NCBI RefSeq assembly: GCF_037042905.1
Contig: NC_087250.1
Location: 22,878,001 to 22,942,000 of the forward strand
Direction: 5' to 3'
Length of the DNA stretch: 64,000 nt
From: Lytechinus pictus
Lineage: Eukaryota
How positions within the stretch are numbered: the first letter of the stretch is position 1; each line of letters begins with the position of its first letter. The notes below the pieces were generated by a model that was not told the DNA's origin, did no database searches, and saw only the letters and a list, made by a program, of their open reading frames with translations. Below, one piece after another: positions 63,897 to 64,000 of this stretch. A program made the translations under genes and the position numbers.

Positions 63897-64000
63897 ATGG
63901 CGGCAAGATTTCCTGAAGGAAACCAAGTTCAGCTCCGACCTCGAAAAGGTCATGACATGACATGGTCATGTGACAAGCATGGTGAGCCAATCGCATTTTA
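63897..64000 (+). CDS. RING-less TRIM-like protein copy 5 (5' end, cut by window edge)
   Basis: MAARFPEGNQVQLRPRKGHDMTWSCDKHGEPIAF..., with a leader matching that of copy 3. Confidence 0.85.
   Translation, partial: MAARFPEGNQVQLRPRKGHDMTWSCDKHGEPIAF

Larger units (their letters stand above)
27761..64000 (+). repeat. Tandem segmental duplication array (units start at about 27761, 36671, 44599, 53810, 60367)
   Basis: The motif attgaactgatt and the ordered downstream landmarks (RTE remnant, cag|gtaat, acceptor, CDS, 3' minisatellite, GA tract) recur in each unit. Confidence 0.9.

Overview
This is AT-rich, repeat-dense animal genomic DNA. An echinoderm or sea urchin origin is inferred from the repeat families and gene types but not proven. 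Three gene-level elements are present. (1) The first three coding exons of a divergent glycine N-methyltransferase-like gene on the - strand (1333-4701; the rest lies left of the window). (2) The last six coding exons (nucleotide-binding domain) of the mitochondrial ABC transporter ABCB8 on the - strand (10775-24516); its upstream exons are not seen in the window. (3) From about 27760 to the window end, a tandem array of 6.5-9.2 kb duplicated units on the + strand. Each unit carries a single-exon, RING-less TRIM-like CDS (B-box, coiled coil, NHL-like beta-propeller): three intact copies, one interrupted by an 832-bp insertion and one cut by the window edge. The N-terminal part is almost invariant between copies, while the propeller has periodic hypervariable loops. 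The copies are mosaics of one another, the units are bounded by GA-rich tracts, and the array appears to sit antisense inside one large ABCB8 intron. It is the best candidate for an undescribed diversified intracellular receptor system. The remainder is non-autonomous DNA transposons (many delimited exactly by empty sites in paralogous units), SINEs, LINE remnants and minisatellites, two of which duplicate ABCB8 splice sites.
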